A stretch of 63,606 nt of DNA, the filler included, from Octopus bimaculoides (Eukaryota), in NCBI RefSeq assembly GCF_001194135.2. It is 6 parts of 5 records of this genome, joined end to end, with 100 filler letters (N's around TTAATTAATTAA, not from the genome) between each part and the next. Parts side by side here need not be neighbours in the genome. Positions count along the whole stretch, not along the records: positions 45,909 to 57,954 come from NC_068999.1; positions 58,055 to 61,209 come from NC_068984.1; positions 61,310 to 63,606 come from NC_069002.1; 3 more parts are not named here. One strand, 5' to 3'. A program made the position numbers and the translations under genes. The notes beneath the pieces were generated by a model, which did not search any database, had not been told where the DNA came from, and saw only the letters and a list, made by a program, of their open reading frames with translations. Positions 49,266 through 62,556 of the stretch are shown piece after piece. Every line of letters begins with the position of its first letter. Within the stretch, counting starts at the first letter, position 1.

Positions 49266-50847
49266 CGACACTTTTGAGAGAGCACGTATTCTGCATGAAA
49301 AACTTAAGCGTGCTGCTCGAGAGCGCACTGCTTGTGTAGTGAATGGGGAAAGTTTGGTTTGCAATGTTTGACCAGGCGTGTATGCTTGTCAAGAGCAGGG
49401 CTCATTAGCCTCCAACAGAGCCTCAAATACAAATTATAAATTTAATCCTAGAGCGCACATTATTCCTGAAGGTCAGCAATGGTCTTCCTCGGTCACGAGT
49501 GGGCGGCCATCATGTATTATCCTAATCGTTATTTGATATCGTATTCTTGAATATCTTCATGGATCCAGGCTGGCTTCGATTCCAATCTGAGACAATATAA
49601 CGTGTCAAAACAAAAGGGATTTTGTAACTAAGAGAAAATACGTAGTTTACACGTTAAAGATGTAATCCATTCTTAAGATAAAATGAATATTTCACAAAAT
49701 TTTAATCTTAATAACAACAACATTTTAAAGTCATTATCATAATTAATTCAATTTATTTACTCGGATGATATGCTAGTAATTCAATACAGTCTTTAGTGTT
49801 GTTTCGTTTTTGTTTTGTTTTGTTTTTCTATTCTTTTTTTTTTTTTTCAAAAGAAATGAGAAATTCTGTTCCGTGTTCACTCTTTGCATTTATATTGACA
49901 ACATCGTGGATATTTGCTGCCGGGTTCGATTTGTACCGTTTCTTCACAATCCAGCTGCACCACACCACACCTTTGAAAGAGAAATGAAATATAAATGTTT
50001 GTGTGTATGCATGTGTGTGTGTGTGTGTGCGCGCGCGCGAGTGTGTATGCATGTATGTATGCATGCGTGCATTATGTATGTGTGCGTGTATACATGTATA
50101 TATGTATGTGTATGTATGTGTGCGTGTATGTAAGTATGTATGCATATATACATATATATGAGTGTGTGCATGTGTGTATGCATGTATGCATGTATGCATG
50201 TATGTATTTATGTATGTATGAATGTACGTATGCATGTATGTATGTGTGTGTTTGCTCTGTGTATTTGCTGTGTTATAGATGTGTGTGTGTGTTATCTGTG
50301 TGTATGAGTGCGTGTATCTGTGTATGTGTATGTATGTGTGTGTGTTCCTGTACGTGTAGTTTGAAGTAAATTCTACTTACGATTCACAACTCACGCGCTC
50401 CGAAACGTGTTCTACACCCTTAACTTTTAATGGCGCGTAACAAATGCATCTCGTACAAGTGCGTTCGAAATAATAATACTTAGAAAATTCTACTCCACTG
50501 GGGCAACCTGAAATAGATACATAAATAAGTATAGAGACAATAAGCAAAAATGTTAGTTCTAAAATCTCTCTTAGAGATCAACGGAGTAGTTTTACTGAAG
50601 TAATATTCGTAGCGACTTTAAGATGGCTGTTCGTTCGAGCGGACTCTACTGCGATCTTTTAACACCAAGTGATGTCCTCTTCTGGTTAAAGTGGCCACGA
50701 ATATTACTTATAGAGAAAATGATTCAAATAAACAGATGAAAGTTTTAATGTACAAAGTATATAGACATATATAGATATGAAAACAGAAGGCAAACTTAAA
50801 ATCTTCAGATGTAAAAACAATGATGTATAAATATATGTATGTAAATA

Positions 50848-51265
50848 GGTTCAGGCGTGGCTGTGTGTTAAGAAGCTTGCTTCCCAACCACATGATTACG
50901 GGTTCAGTCCCACTGCGTGGAACCTTGGGCAAGTGTCTGCTACTCTAGCCCCAGATTGACCACAGCCTTGTGGGTGGATTTGGTAGACGGACACTGAAAG
51001 AAGCCCGTCGAATGTGTGTGTGTGTGTGTGTGTGTATGTGCGATGGTGTCTTTGTCTCACCCACCAACGCTTGACAACCGATGTAGGCGTGTTTCCGTAC
51101 CCATGACTTACGTACCCATAACTTAGTTCAGCAAAAGAGACCAGTGGAATAAGTACTAGGCTTACAAAGAATAAGTCTTGGAGCGATTTCTTCGACTAAA
51201 TCTCTTCAAGGCGGTGCTCCAGCATGGCTGCAGTCAAATGACTGAAACAAGTAAAAGAATAAAAG
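50848..51265 (+). mobile_element. SINE family A, full length, CpGs largely intact
   Basis: A box (TGGCTGTGTGTT), B box (GGTTCAGTCCC), CCTTGGGCAAGTG CORE-like block, internal (TG)n and GGCGGTGCTCCAGCATGGC tail. Confidence 0.88.
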
Positions 51266-51564
51266 AATTTTTTTTTAACAGATCAAGCTTACTCAGGTTA
51301 CATAGGCTCAAGGAATTAGAGGAGAAAAGGTTTGGCGTTACAATTCTGACAGCTGTTTCTGGAGGCTCAGAGTTACTTCATAATGTTGGTAGATGTAGTT
51401 CATCAAAACTTTGCTGCCAGTAACGGAAGTAAATAGGTATTGATAAAATCCAGGGTCTCGTTCGTCAGTTCCGAACGAACTGCTAAACTAAGAGGACGTA
51501 AATAAACCAACAGCGGTTGTTTAGCGGCAGGAGGACAAACAGACAGACACACACACACACACAC

Positions 51565-51625
<61 letters not shown>

Positions 51626-52061
51626 AAATTTAAACTGTATATATGTATGTATGTATCTATCTATTTATGTATGTATGTATGTATGTATGTATGTATGTAT
51701 GTATGTATAAATGCTTGCGGTGCGTATTTATTGTAATCAAGTTTATTGTAATCAATATATATAATCGTAATGTAATTATAATAATATAATATAATAATTA
51801 GGTCTCTTACCACTGCCAAACATTGCTGCACCGAATGCTAAATGCACGAGAGCTGCAAACACGATGATCTTCGAGTATGGAATCATTCTCTTCAAGAAAT
51901 ATAGAATCTCCGATAGCTTGAAGAATTACTTCCTAAGCGCTTTCAATCAATCTACCAAAACCTTTTGCGCGAGCGTATGTATGTGGGTGTGTGATGTGTG
52001 TGTGTGTGCACATATGTTTATGTGTGTATGAAATATGATATATAAAATATATATATGTGTG

Positions 52062-52135
<74 letters not shown>

Positions 52136-52144
<9 letters not shown>

Positions 52145-53256
52145 GACAAAATAATGGCAACACCTAGCATCATAGCATCATAATTTTGAAATATCTATAA
52201 AACCGTCAAAGGCTTGTTTATTTTTATGCTTTTTTTTATTTATTATTAGTGCTGCTTAATATGTTTTGCTAAAATTACTGTTTCTTTTCAGATATCATCA
52301 GAAAAAGGTAATTAAAATTCATTACAATGACAGATCTATTGGACTTTCAAAGAGGTCAAATTGTCGGTGCTCGTATGGCAGGCGCTAGCGTAACGAAAAC
52401 AGCCGAAATGTTCGGTGTATCAAGAAGTACTGTCTCGAAAGTAATGACAGCCTTTGAGAAAGAGGGAAAAACTTCCTTGTCCAAACAAAACTCTGGTAGA
52501 AAACCAAAACTTTCAGATAGGGACGTCGGACTCTTACGCCAATTGCTAGAAAGGATCACGAAAGTACAGCTCCCAAAATTACTGCAGAGCTTAATGTCCA
52601 CCTCGAGCACCTGGTTTCAACAAAAACTGTTCACCGGGAGCTGCACAAAACCGGATTTCACGGGAGGGTTGCAATCAGAAAACCACTACCTTCAAAAACA
52701 AACGTTGCAAAGGGTTTAGAGTGGAGTAAAAACCTACAGAATTGGTCTCTAGAGAAGTGGAAGAATGCTATTTTCTCGGGCGAGTCATCCTTTACCTTAT
52801 TTCCAACCACCGGCCAAGTATACGTGTGGAGACAGCCAAATGAAGCATTTGACCCAGACTGCCTTCTTCCAACTGTTAAACATGGAGGAGGATCTGGGGT
52901 GGCTATATCTTGGAAATCTGCCGGCCCAATAGTTTCCCTTCATGGCAGAATTAATAGTCAAGACTATTTAAGCATTTTATCTGATCAAATTCATGCTATG
53001 GTTGCCGAACTGTTTCCGGACGGAAACGCAATCTTTCAGGACAATAATGCCCCAATTCACACAGCTATAGTTGTTACTGAATGACACGAGGAACATTCTA
53101 GTGAAGTTGAACATTTTATCTGGCTACCACAGTCCCCCAGATCTCAATATTATGGGACATTTATGGTGCATTTTAGAAAAACAAGCAAGGAGTCGATATC
53201 CTCCACCATCATCACTACAAGAACTGGAGACCATTTTAGCTGAAGAATGGACAAAA
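52136..53256 (+). pseudogene. Tc1-family DNA transposon with frameshifted transposase; right end lost in an N gap
   Basis: Left TIR-like AGTTGTTGGACAAAATAATGGCAACACC after a (TA)n tract. HTH region MTDLLDFQRGQIVGARMAGASVTKTA, then FSGES, PTVKHGGG, IFQDNNAPIH and QSPDLNIMGHLW, split over several frames. Confidence 0.92.
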
Positions 53257-53507
53257 NNNNNNNNNNTATATATATATATATATATATATGTATGTCATAT
53301 ATATATATATGACATACATAATACAATATTAGATAGATAGATAAAGAGAGAGAGAGAGAGAATTTATGACGAGAACAGTCAATGGGTACTGTAATGTTGA
53401 TTGATTTACAAATTACTGTTACAGTTTGCTACGTTTTCTACATAACAGTAACATCTGCTTAATGAAAGGCAAATAACATATGCATATATACATACATACA
53501 TACATAC

Positions 53508-53586
<79 letters not shown>

Positions 53587-53587
53587 T

Positions 53588-53786
53588 AGAAACATTTCTT
53601 TTATTAGCCACACAGGGCTCAACAAAGATGGGACAAATACAATGTAGAGCTTTTCTTTTTGGGAGGGGGAAGGGGGGGAAAAGGAAGTAGGGGTGTCGAT
53701 CAAAAGGGATCGTAGGAAGGAAAAAAGGGGGAGTTCGATCAAAAGGGATCGAGAAAAAAAAAATTAGCGATCAATAGGGATCGTGT

Positions 53787-53790
<4 letters not shown>
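53588..53790 (-). mobile_element. 3' UTR-only copy of a Tx1-like LINE
   Basis: Matches 53838-53990 (TTCTTT.ATT.GCCACACAGGGCT.AACA.AGA.GGGACAA and repeated CGATCAAAAGGGATCG). Flanked by (GATA)n on both sides. Confidence 0.7.
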
Positions 53791-53822
<32 letters not shown>

Positions 53823-53837
53823 TTAGATAGTTAGATA

Positions 53838-54680
53838 TGTTTCTTTATTGGCCACACAGGGCTGAACACAGAGGGGACAAAATACAAAGTAGAGAATTTC
53901 TTCTGGGGAAGAGAAAGAGAAAAAAGGAAAGGGGGCGTAGAAATTCGATCAAAAGGGATCGTTAAAGAAAAAACGATTAAAAGGGATCGTGTGTCACAGA
54001 AATGTCATGATGTAAAAAGGGGAAACAGATTAGGTGTATCCGTGGAAAGAAAAGCCTACGGAAAAGACCACGGTAACTTTGGGCAATAATGTCATGCAAA
54101 AAACACATTACAGTGACTCTCTTTTTTCCTTTCTCTTTTTCTTTTTTGGTTCATAGGATTATGCTCAAGGTGGCTCCGTCATTCACACCTGCCATCCTTG
54201 CTACAGTCACCCATCGTTTTTTTTTTTAAACATTCACTAGACAAAACTTCCCTCTCTACTCTCACCTTTCACTTCAAGTGATACTTGAAGAAGTTGATGA
54301 GAGATTGACCAGAGAGGAAAGTGTTTGTCTCTAGACCTTTCAGACGCGTCCACCATACACATTCTTTCGCCATAGCCACATGTACGATGAAAATGGCTCT
54401 TCTTTCCCGTTTCAAGGAAGGAGGCGCGACAATATTCACGATAGACTCGGTTAATGCCCCACACCTTGATGATGGAAGAGGCAGCGAACGCGCTTGTTGC
54501 TGATTGGCTGAAAATTATCGAACTCCGAACACCTATAACATTTTTGCAAAATTTATTCTGGAATGAATGAATTACAAAGTCGGATTCAGTGTCAAAAATT
54601 ACATCTATGTGATACATTAAAAATATTTTTAAGGGTAATTGTAAACAGTGACGGAAACCATAAAGATCCCTTACCATATC
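53838..54680 (-). mobile_element. 3' end of a Tx1-like (L1-clade) LINE: ORF2 C-terminus and 3' UTR
   Basis: Minus-strand frames give IVNIVAPPSLKRE...AMAKECVWWTRLKGLETNTFLSGQSLINFFKYHL, a typical Tx1 C-terminal helix region. The 3' UTR ends in a (TATC)n tail. Confidence 0.65.
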
Positions 54681-54880
54681 CGCCTTCAGATGCTCAAATT
54701 TTTTCGGTCACCCTCCAACAATCAGTAAAACGTTTCGTTTAACAATAACGTAGAACTGAAAATGTGACTCGACGAATACTTCAAGTGAAGACCCAATGAT
54801 TTCTGCCGTCGAGGTAATGTCAGGATAATGCAACTTTAGCAAGGTGGCGTGAACAATGAAGGAGAATACACTATTGACCT
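54670..54880 (+). mobile_element. Mariner transposase 3' fragment
   Basis: PPSDAQIFRSPSN...FNNNVELKM.LDEYF...DFCRRG...VNNEGEYTID, compared with the mariner consensus APSDYHLFRSL.N...W...V...G.YI.D. Confidence 0.7.
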
Positions 54881-55254
54881 TTAGGCTTTTAAAAGTGTAC
54901 GCATTTACCCTTATGTACACTCTTGTTTGATGATATTGTTTTGTAGAAGGGGTCCTCTTAAAGGGACCCAGACAACCAACGAGAGCAGGATTGTCATGCA
55001 TCCTGTCCTCATTTCTCCATTAAATAGACAAAGCCACGTTGAAATATCTTCTGTCATACGTAAGATTAGTATTAGCAATAATATTTCTCTCGCGTTTTCT
55101 TCTCGACTATTCTTCCCGTTCATTAGAGTGAAATCTGAATTCGTTCATGATTTATGAATTATTGAATGAGTCGCTGGAGAACTGAAATTCACACTTGCCC
55201 TGTAAAAATGTCGTTTTGTGGATGAATAATTTGTTTCTTTTGTTTATTGTTTTA

Positions 55255-55498
55255 CTCTTATTTGTTTCAGTCATTTGACTGTGGCCATGCTGGAGCACCG
55301 CCTTTTAGTCGAACAAATCGATCCCAGGACTTATTCTTTGTAAGCCTAGTACTTGTTGTATCGGTTTCTTTTACCGAACCGCTAAGTTACGGGGACATAA
55401 ACACACCAACATCGGTTGTCAAGCGATGGTAGAGGAACAAACACAGACACACAAACACACACACAAACACACACACACACACACACACGCACGCACAA
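55255..55498 (-). mobile_element. SINE family A, 3' half
   Basis: Reverse complement of the 50848 copy's tail. Runs into the N gap at 55499-56270. Confidence 0.85.
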
Positions 55499-56270
55499 NN
55501 NNNNNNNNNNNNNNNNNNNNNNNNNNNNNNNNNNNNNNNNNNNNNNNNNNNNNNNNNNNNNNNNNNNNNNNNNNNNNNNNNNNNNNNNNNNNNNNNNNNN
55601 NNNNNNNNNNNNNNNNNNNNNNNNNNNNNNNNNNNNNNNNNNNNNNNNNNNNNNNNNNNNNNNNNNNNNNNNNNNNNNNNNNNNNNNNNNNNNNNNNNNN
55701 NNNNNNNNNNNNNNNNNNNNNNNNNNNNNNNNNNNNNNNNNNNNNNNNNNNNNNNNNNNNNNNNNNNNNNNNNNNNNNNNNNNNNNNNNNNNNNNNNNNN
55801 NNNNNNNNNNNNNNNNNNNNNNNNNNNNNNNNNNNNNNNNNNNNNNNNNNNNNNNNNNNNNNNNNNNNNNNNNNNNNNNNNNNNNNNNNNNNNNNNNNNN
55901 NNNNNNNNNNNNNNNNNNNNNNNNNNNNNNNNNNNNNNNNNNNNNNNNNNNNNNNNNNNNNNNNNNNNNNNNNNNNNNNNNNNNNNNNNNNNNNNNNNNN
56001 NNNNNNNNNNNNNNNNNNNNNNNNNNNNNNNNNNNNNNNNNNNNNNNNNNNNNNNNNNNNNNNNNNNNNNNNNNNNNNNNNNNNNNNNNNNNNNNNNNNN
56101 NNNNNNNNNNNNNNNNNNNNNNNNNNNNNNNNNNNNNNNNNNNNNNNNNNNNNNNNNNNNNNNNNNNNNNNNNNNNNNNNNNNNNNNNNNNNNNNNNNNN
56201 NNNNNNNNNNNNNNNNNNNNNNNNNNNNNNNNNNNNNNNNNNNNNNNNNNNNNNNNNNNNNNNNNNNNNN

Positions 56271-57308
56271 CCACGGGCATTCACACAACCAATCTTGATC
56301 ACGATCCTATTGGGTTGTGTGCATTAAAACACAAACGAAACGAACAGAGAGTTACTTACCGTTCGAAAGTTTTGTCGCCTCCTTTGATTTTTCATCAAGG
56401 AGGCTGTTGTAAAGTTTTCTCCATAGGTATTATGACATCCCCCCTCCCTGATGCGTTCTGGTGGTGTTGTGTATGGGTGGTTGCTCGCTTTAATGTCATT
56501 TTCTGTAATGTTTGTTTTCGAGTTGATGTATTTCATCAACTCTGTGTTGTAAATGTTTATGGCTGTGAGCATGGTTTTCGTGGTGTTGCTGCTGTTTGCA
56601 TTAGAGTTGTAAATGTCTTCGGGAGTTGTGTATTCCCCTGCTTTGTTGGTGTTTGCCTTTGTTCTTTTTTTTGCTCCTCTTCCTCCTTCCTTTTCCGGCT
56701 ATTTGCCATTCCTCACTACTTTCGTCTTCCGACGAAAGCTCTGAGGAATCGGAAGCGGGTAAGGGCATGTTATAAGCGTCTGTGCGTGTTTCTGTAAGTG
56801 GTTGTATTGTTGTTTTCGTTGGTGTTGGTTGTTGGTTATTTGTGTTAGGTGCATGCGATATAGAGGAGGGTGAATCAGTTTTTGCATTTTCTTTTGTTTT
56901 TCCTGTGTTTTCACTTTTTGGTGTTTTTCCAGGTGTTGTTTGGTTGTCCATTTTTGGTATCGTTTTTATTATCTTTTGTGTTGAAGGTGGTGTGGGTAGC
57001 AAGGGGTTTTTTTCCAGGTTTTGTAGAGGTTGTTGTTGCTGCTGCTGTTTTTGGCGACAATCATTTTTCAGATGTGTCTCGCTGTTGCACAAATAACACC
57101 GTGGCCTCCTGCCCTCCACCACTACATACAACTTGTGTCCTTCTGCTAACTGAATATCTGTGGGTAATTTATTTATCGATTCTTGATCGATTTGTAAAAG
57201 AATTTCGAGCTTTTTACCCACCCAGTTTTGCTGTTCAAGGACAGCAATTTCAAAAATATTAGCTTCCTCCATTTTGAAGCAGATGGCAGGTAGCAACCAT
57301 CGTTTCTC
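56271..57308 (-). mobile_element. Tx1-like LINE 5' portion: ORF1 (CCHC zinc knuckle) and start of ORF2 endonuclease
   Basis: ORF 56601-57347 has VVVEGRRPRCYLCNSETHLKNDC (CX2CX4HX4C), a Q/P/T-rich tail and WQIAGKGRRKR. MIKIGCVNARG at 56302-56270 is an APE-start motif (K.G..N.RG). Truncated by gaps on both sides. Confidence 0.8.
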
Positions 57309-57642
57309 NNNNNNNNNNCACATACATACATGCATACATACATTCATAGGTATGTATGTAAAAGTTGATGAAGGAAACGAAAGATAGATTTAGCAGTAGT
57401 CATTATTCAGTACGACGATCGTTTCGACCCATCCTGCAATTGTCCGTTGTGGGTAGGATATTGTGCATCTAATTGTGTTGCATTAATCTGTGCAGTTTGT
57501 CTCACATTAGGTACATGAAGGGAACGTGAAGGTCATTCAAAGTAGACCTCACACAGGGTTCCAACAAGATGAGGCAACTAAACATACCGCAAGAGAAACA
57601 ATGCAGTTGCTACGGCAGTGCTTTGGAGAGATTTTTTAATTA

Positions 57643-57954
57643 GGCGCAGGAGTGGCTGTGTGGTAAGTAGCTTGCTTACCAACCACATGGTTCCGGGTTC
57701 AGTCCCACTGCGTGGCACCTTGGGCAAGTGTCTTCTACTATAGCCTCGGGCCGACCAAAGCCTTGTGAGTGGATTTGGTAGACGGAAACTGAAAGAAGCC
57801 CGTCGTATATATGTATATATATGTGCGTGTGTGTCTGTGTTTGTCCCCCCAACATCGCTTGACAACCGATGCTGGTGTGTTTACGTCCCCGTAACTTAGC
57901 GGTTCGGCAAAAGAGACCGATAGAATAAGTACTAGGCTTACAAAAGAATAAGTC
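57643..57954 (+). mobile_element. SINE family A, consensus-like young copy, cut by the spacer
   Basis: GGCGCAGGAGTGGCTGTGTGGTAAG...GGTTCAGTCCCACTGCGTGGCACCTTGGGCAAGTG. All CpG positions are intact. Confidence 0.9.
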
Positions 57955-58199
57955 NNNNNNNNNNNNNNNNNNNNNNNNNNNNNNNNNNNNNNNNNNNNTT
58001 AATTAATTAANNNNNNNNNNNNNNNNNNNNNNNNNNNNNNNNNNNNNNNNNNNNTATATATATATATATAAACGGGCGATCTAATTTCAGGAAATCTAAC
58101 ATCTTTCCTTTCCAAGATCCTCCTCCTCCCCTCCTCCTCCTCTTTTCTCTTCTCCTTGTCTCGTTGTCCCCCACCCCGTTTAGATTACTTCCCCTTCTT

Positions 58200-58345
58200 T
58201 CCGCAAACACGTTGTCTTTTTTGCACCCGGAGCAACGTGAAATGAAGTGTTTTGCTCAACAACGCAACACAACACAGCGGCCGCGGTCCGGGAATCGAAC
58301 TCACAATCTAGGGATCGCGAGTGCAACGCTCTCACCAATGGGCCA
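58200..58345 (-). mobile_element. SINE family C head
   Basis: GAAGGCACGTGGCCCATTGGTGAGAGCG...GAGTTCGATTCCCGG (A and B boxes), then the TTGAGCAAAACACTTCATTT V-like block. Confidence 0.75.
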
Positions 58346-60315
58346 CGTGCCTTCATACACACGCACACACACACAAATACACCCACATACACAAGCAGAC
58401 ACACACATGGTGATTCTTCAATAAAGTCTTCGATACTTTTATGAACAGCTATAAATAAAAGCGAACATTATTAACATACCTGCATACACACATAAAGATG
58501 TAATGTATTCTACATATCTGCCTGACCAATCGACCAAAGTATTCAGAAACATGAGTAGTTTAAATTCCCCGAAATGAATTGAGATTCAGCACATCACGCC
58601 ATTGTTTGGAGGCAAGACATGCTTGATTGAGTAACCCAGTATAGCGTTATGTTTTTGTGTTCACACGTAAACCCGTACATTGAGAAATGCATACACATGC
58701 AGATAAAAGACTATTGCGCTTGCGATGGTGTCTCTCAGTCTGTTTGCCTGCCGAGGAGGATCGCAACGCTTTGTGAAAACATGGATGAAAGTCAATAAAA
58801 AGGAAATGAGTTGAGACGCACAGGTAAGAATCTCTGCGTGTGATTGCTAGTTATAACAGCAATGTATTATGTTACTTACCTGTGTGATAAAGCAAATGCT
58901 CGTGATGTGTACTTCTACTTATGAAGACAAGGAGAAAATATTTCCATCTTTGAATTTAACATATTAAGCGGCTGTAACAATATCATACCATTCTGATAAG
59001 CACGGAAGTTATATCAGTCTGCTAACGTATAACAGTGTGATATCGACATTGATGATTTTCTATCGGAATTATCGATATCTCCGTCTTTCAGATTTTTCAA
59101 AATATTTAGGGAAGGTAGTGACCCCTTCGTCCTTTGGTTTAAACCTTATAGATCGATATCTTTATATCTTATCTTAAAAAATACTTTCGAGCAGAAATAT
59201 TTCATGGTTTCCATCAGTATCAGTTCATTTAAGATCCATACGTCTTTAATGTATATATTGGAGAGTGGACAAGTATTGGCGTTGTGATAGTTACAATCGC
59301 GTTCGGATCACGTTTGTATTCTAATATATCAGAGAACACCTCTTGAGCACAACACTACAGATAAAGACATTCTCAGAGTTGTACATCACATTAACAGTAT
59401 TTATAGTTCATGGTTTGGTGGATCTTTTGGTGGAGAGCAGCGTTTCTCATACAGGGTTCCTCGGAACCCTAGGCTTCCGCAAATGGTTTCGCAAAAGGTT
59501 TCTAATGTTAATTTCATAATCGTAATATTATCACACATGCACAGCATATTATTGGTTATTGTAATATCGTAATATAGACATCATTGTATCTAACCTGTTA
59601 TGTTATCAAAGAAGTATTAATTTTTTTCTTAAACCAGTTATTAATACACACACACACACACACACGCACACACACACACACANNNNNNNNNNNNNNNNNN
59701 NNNNNNNNNNNNNNNNNNNNNNNNNNNNNNNNNNNNNNNNNNNNNNNNNNNNNNNNNNNNNNNNNNNNNNNNNNNNNNNNNNNNNNNNNNNNNNNNNNNN
59801 NNNNNNNNNNNNNNNNNNNNNNNNNNNNNNNNNNNNNNNNNNNNNNNNNNNNNNNNNNNNNNNNNNNNNNNNNNNNNNNNNNNNNNNNNNNNNNNNNNNN
59901 NNNNNNNNNNNNNNNNNNNNNNNNNNNNNNNNNNNNNNNNNNNNNNNNNNNNNNNNNNNNNNNNNNNNNNNNNNNNNNNNNNNNNNNNNNNNNNNNNNNN
60001 NNNNNNNNNNNNNNNNNNNNNNNNNNNNNNNNNNNNNNNNNNNNNNNNNNNNNNNNNNNNNNNNNNNNNNNNNNNNNNNNNNNNNNNNNNNNNNNNNNNN
60101 NNNNNNNNNNNNNNNNNNNNNNNNNNNNNNNNNNNNNNNNNNNNNNNNNNNNNNNNNNNNNNNNNNNNNNNNNNNNNNNNNNNNNNNNNNNNNNNNNNNN
60201 NNNNNNNNNNNNNNNNNNNNNNNNNNNNNNNNNNNNNNNNNNNNNNNNNNNNNNNNNNNNNNNNNNNNNNNNNNNNNNNNNNNNNNNNNNNNNNNNNNNN
60301 NNNNNNNNNNNNNNN

Positions 60316-60375
<60 letters not shown>

Positions 60376-61142
60376 TACATAATCTTTTTTGCAGGGGTTC
60401 CTTGAGGCATGTAATTCTATTTTAAGGGTTACGCAAGGGTAAAAAGATTGAGACACACCGGTGTAGACGAAAATAAGTTTGTATTAAGTTTAGATGAACG
60501 ATGTGTTTATACACCAATTTTCCATAAAAATGAATCTATACACATTTTGCATATATTTTTGATGTACCTTTGCTAAATGCAACACAAAAACAGAGCAGAA
60601 TATCTCGAAGAATTTTATAAAACAGCCTCTGTATATAGTTCTGTCAGTTCTACAATTTCAAAATTGGAGTCATTACATCGTTCATTCAAGTTCTATAAAA
60701 ATCTCGCCAAAATACATATTCTACAGTTTATGAAAATCTTACGAGTTTATAAAATATTCTATACATTTCTCTCCATTAACTTACTAATCACTCATACTAG
60801 CAATATATATTTCTATTAATTTACTTCGTAATCACTCATACAAGCAACTTAAAACCAACATCGGGAGTGTAATATTTCAATATTGATTGAATCTCATTCG
60901 TACAAATGATATAGTTATTAGTATATATAATCCTGATTTGTATGTTCTCCTGAATTCATGAACCTTCGTCTAAATACCTTATAAAGTTTCTTAAATTCTA
61001 CTCACGTGCACATAGGTTACAATTGAACACGAAGATATGCTCAATATACACAAGAAGAAACATCTCCGATATACATGAATATAATTACATATACACATCA
61101 GTATATACATATGTGTGCATATTTATATATACGTATGCTTGC

Positions 61143-61209
<67 letters not shown>

Positions 61210-61625
61210 NNNNNNNNNNNNNNNNNNNNNNNNNNNNNNNNNNNNNNNNNNNNTTAATTAATTAANNNNNNNNNNNNNNNNNNNNNNNNNNNNNNNNNNN
61301 NNNNNNNNNTTCTTTTTTATATAGTTTGTAAACTTTCCGGTGTTGGTTTTGCGTGTGTGATCGCACGTGTTTCATTGAGACATCGTGCATAGGAGGACCT
61401 GTGCTTTGTATTGCAGTGAAATTTCATTTTTTAAGAATAAAAAATATTTTTAAAAAAGATTATCTTCGTTAAAAGACCGCTTCCTTCAAATCTTCCACCG
61501 GTTCTGTTGCCTAATTCCATCGATGTTATTGGATTAGATATGTTTTTGTATAGGGAGCCCGGTGTAGCACATCCATGTTGTTATTCAGCCCGGTGCTCTT
61601 CTCTTCTTCTTATTATTATTAACCC

Positions 61626-61692
<67 letters not shown>

Positions 61693-61704
61693 CATTATCA
61701 TCAT

Positions 61705-62490
61705 CATCATGTTTGACTTTTGCTTTGTATTTGTACAAGTTGAATCCAAGTCCCACCTAGAGAGCTCAAGAGACAACAAGTTAGAAGTTCATATTGGTGT
61801 TATGCCCAGGATGTCATATATTTAGTTTTTGCACATGGTATTGTTCTAGAGAATGTTTAAGAAAACAAGAAAATTATGAGTTTTTTTTTTTTTAATTGAG
61901 ATTACATAGACAGTATTTTAGGTTGGATATGGGCAGTTCCCAGTTTTGTCTACCAGGAGTTAATCCTTGGTACCTCTGCACTTACGCTTGCAACCCTTCT
62001 GCTCATGTAGCAGGACTCCATTTTTTTCCAGATGTCCGTACATTGACTCTGCGAGTATTCCAGTCAATAACTTCCACGGAAGTGGCAAGCAGGATATCGA
62101 GCTGTAATCGTCTACCGTTTTGCCTTTTTCGATGCTTTTCAAGCACAACACTAGCACTGTCCTACCCGTTGGCAACCAATCTGGTGTTACTTGGTTGGAA
62201 TTTAACAAGGTGTTGAATTGCGCAGTTGTTCATGCATGACATTCACCAAATCTTTTGATCCAGTAACCTTGAACTCCATCTGGTCCTGGGACCTTCCAAT
62301 TGCTCAGTTTTTTTTTTGCTGATCTCCTTCACTTCCCTAACTGAAATGACTAGTTCTGCCTGTTTTGGACAGACTGCTGTTTGTTTTAGTTCTTGCAACC
62401 ATTCAACATCCTTCTTGTGCTCCTTGTCTTTGCTCCAGATGTCACTTCAAAACTTTGACTTTCAATGTTATCTGGTATCAACTTCCTTTT
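61705..62490 (-). mobile_element. R4/Dong-like LINE: RT fragment (61900-62490) and a separate 3' UTR-like end (61705-61850) with (AAT)n tail
   Basis: Minus strand gives KDVEWLQELK, SNWKVPGPDGVQGYWIKRF, PDWLPTGRTVL, YSSISCLPLPWKLLTGILA and EQKGCKRKCRGTKD, covering R4-clade RT domains 0-2. Confidence 0.85.
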
Positions 62491-62556
62491 CATTGAAAGT
62501 CATAGTTTTGGAGTGACATCTGGAGTGACATTTGGAGTGACATCTGGAGTGACATC

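Noticed and set aside
62509-62556. Short tandem units as possible CRISPR-like arrays (also 18555-18625, 19720-19790, 44540-44600)
   Set aside because: The units are contiguous with no unique spacers, there are no cas genes, and the context is eukaryotic. They are slippage duplications.
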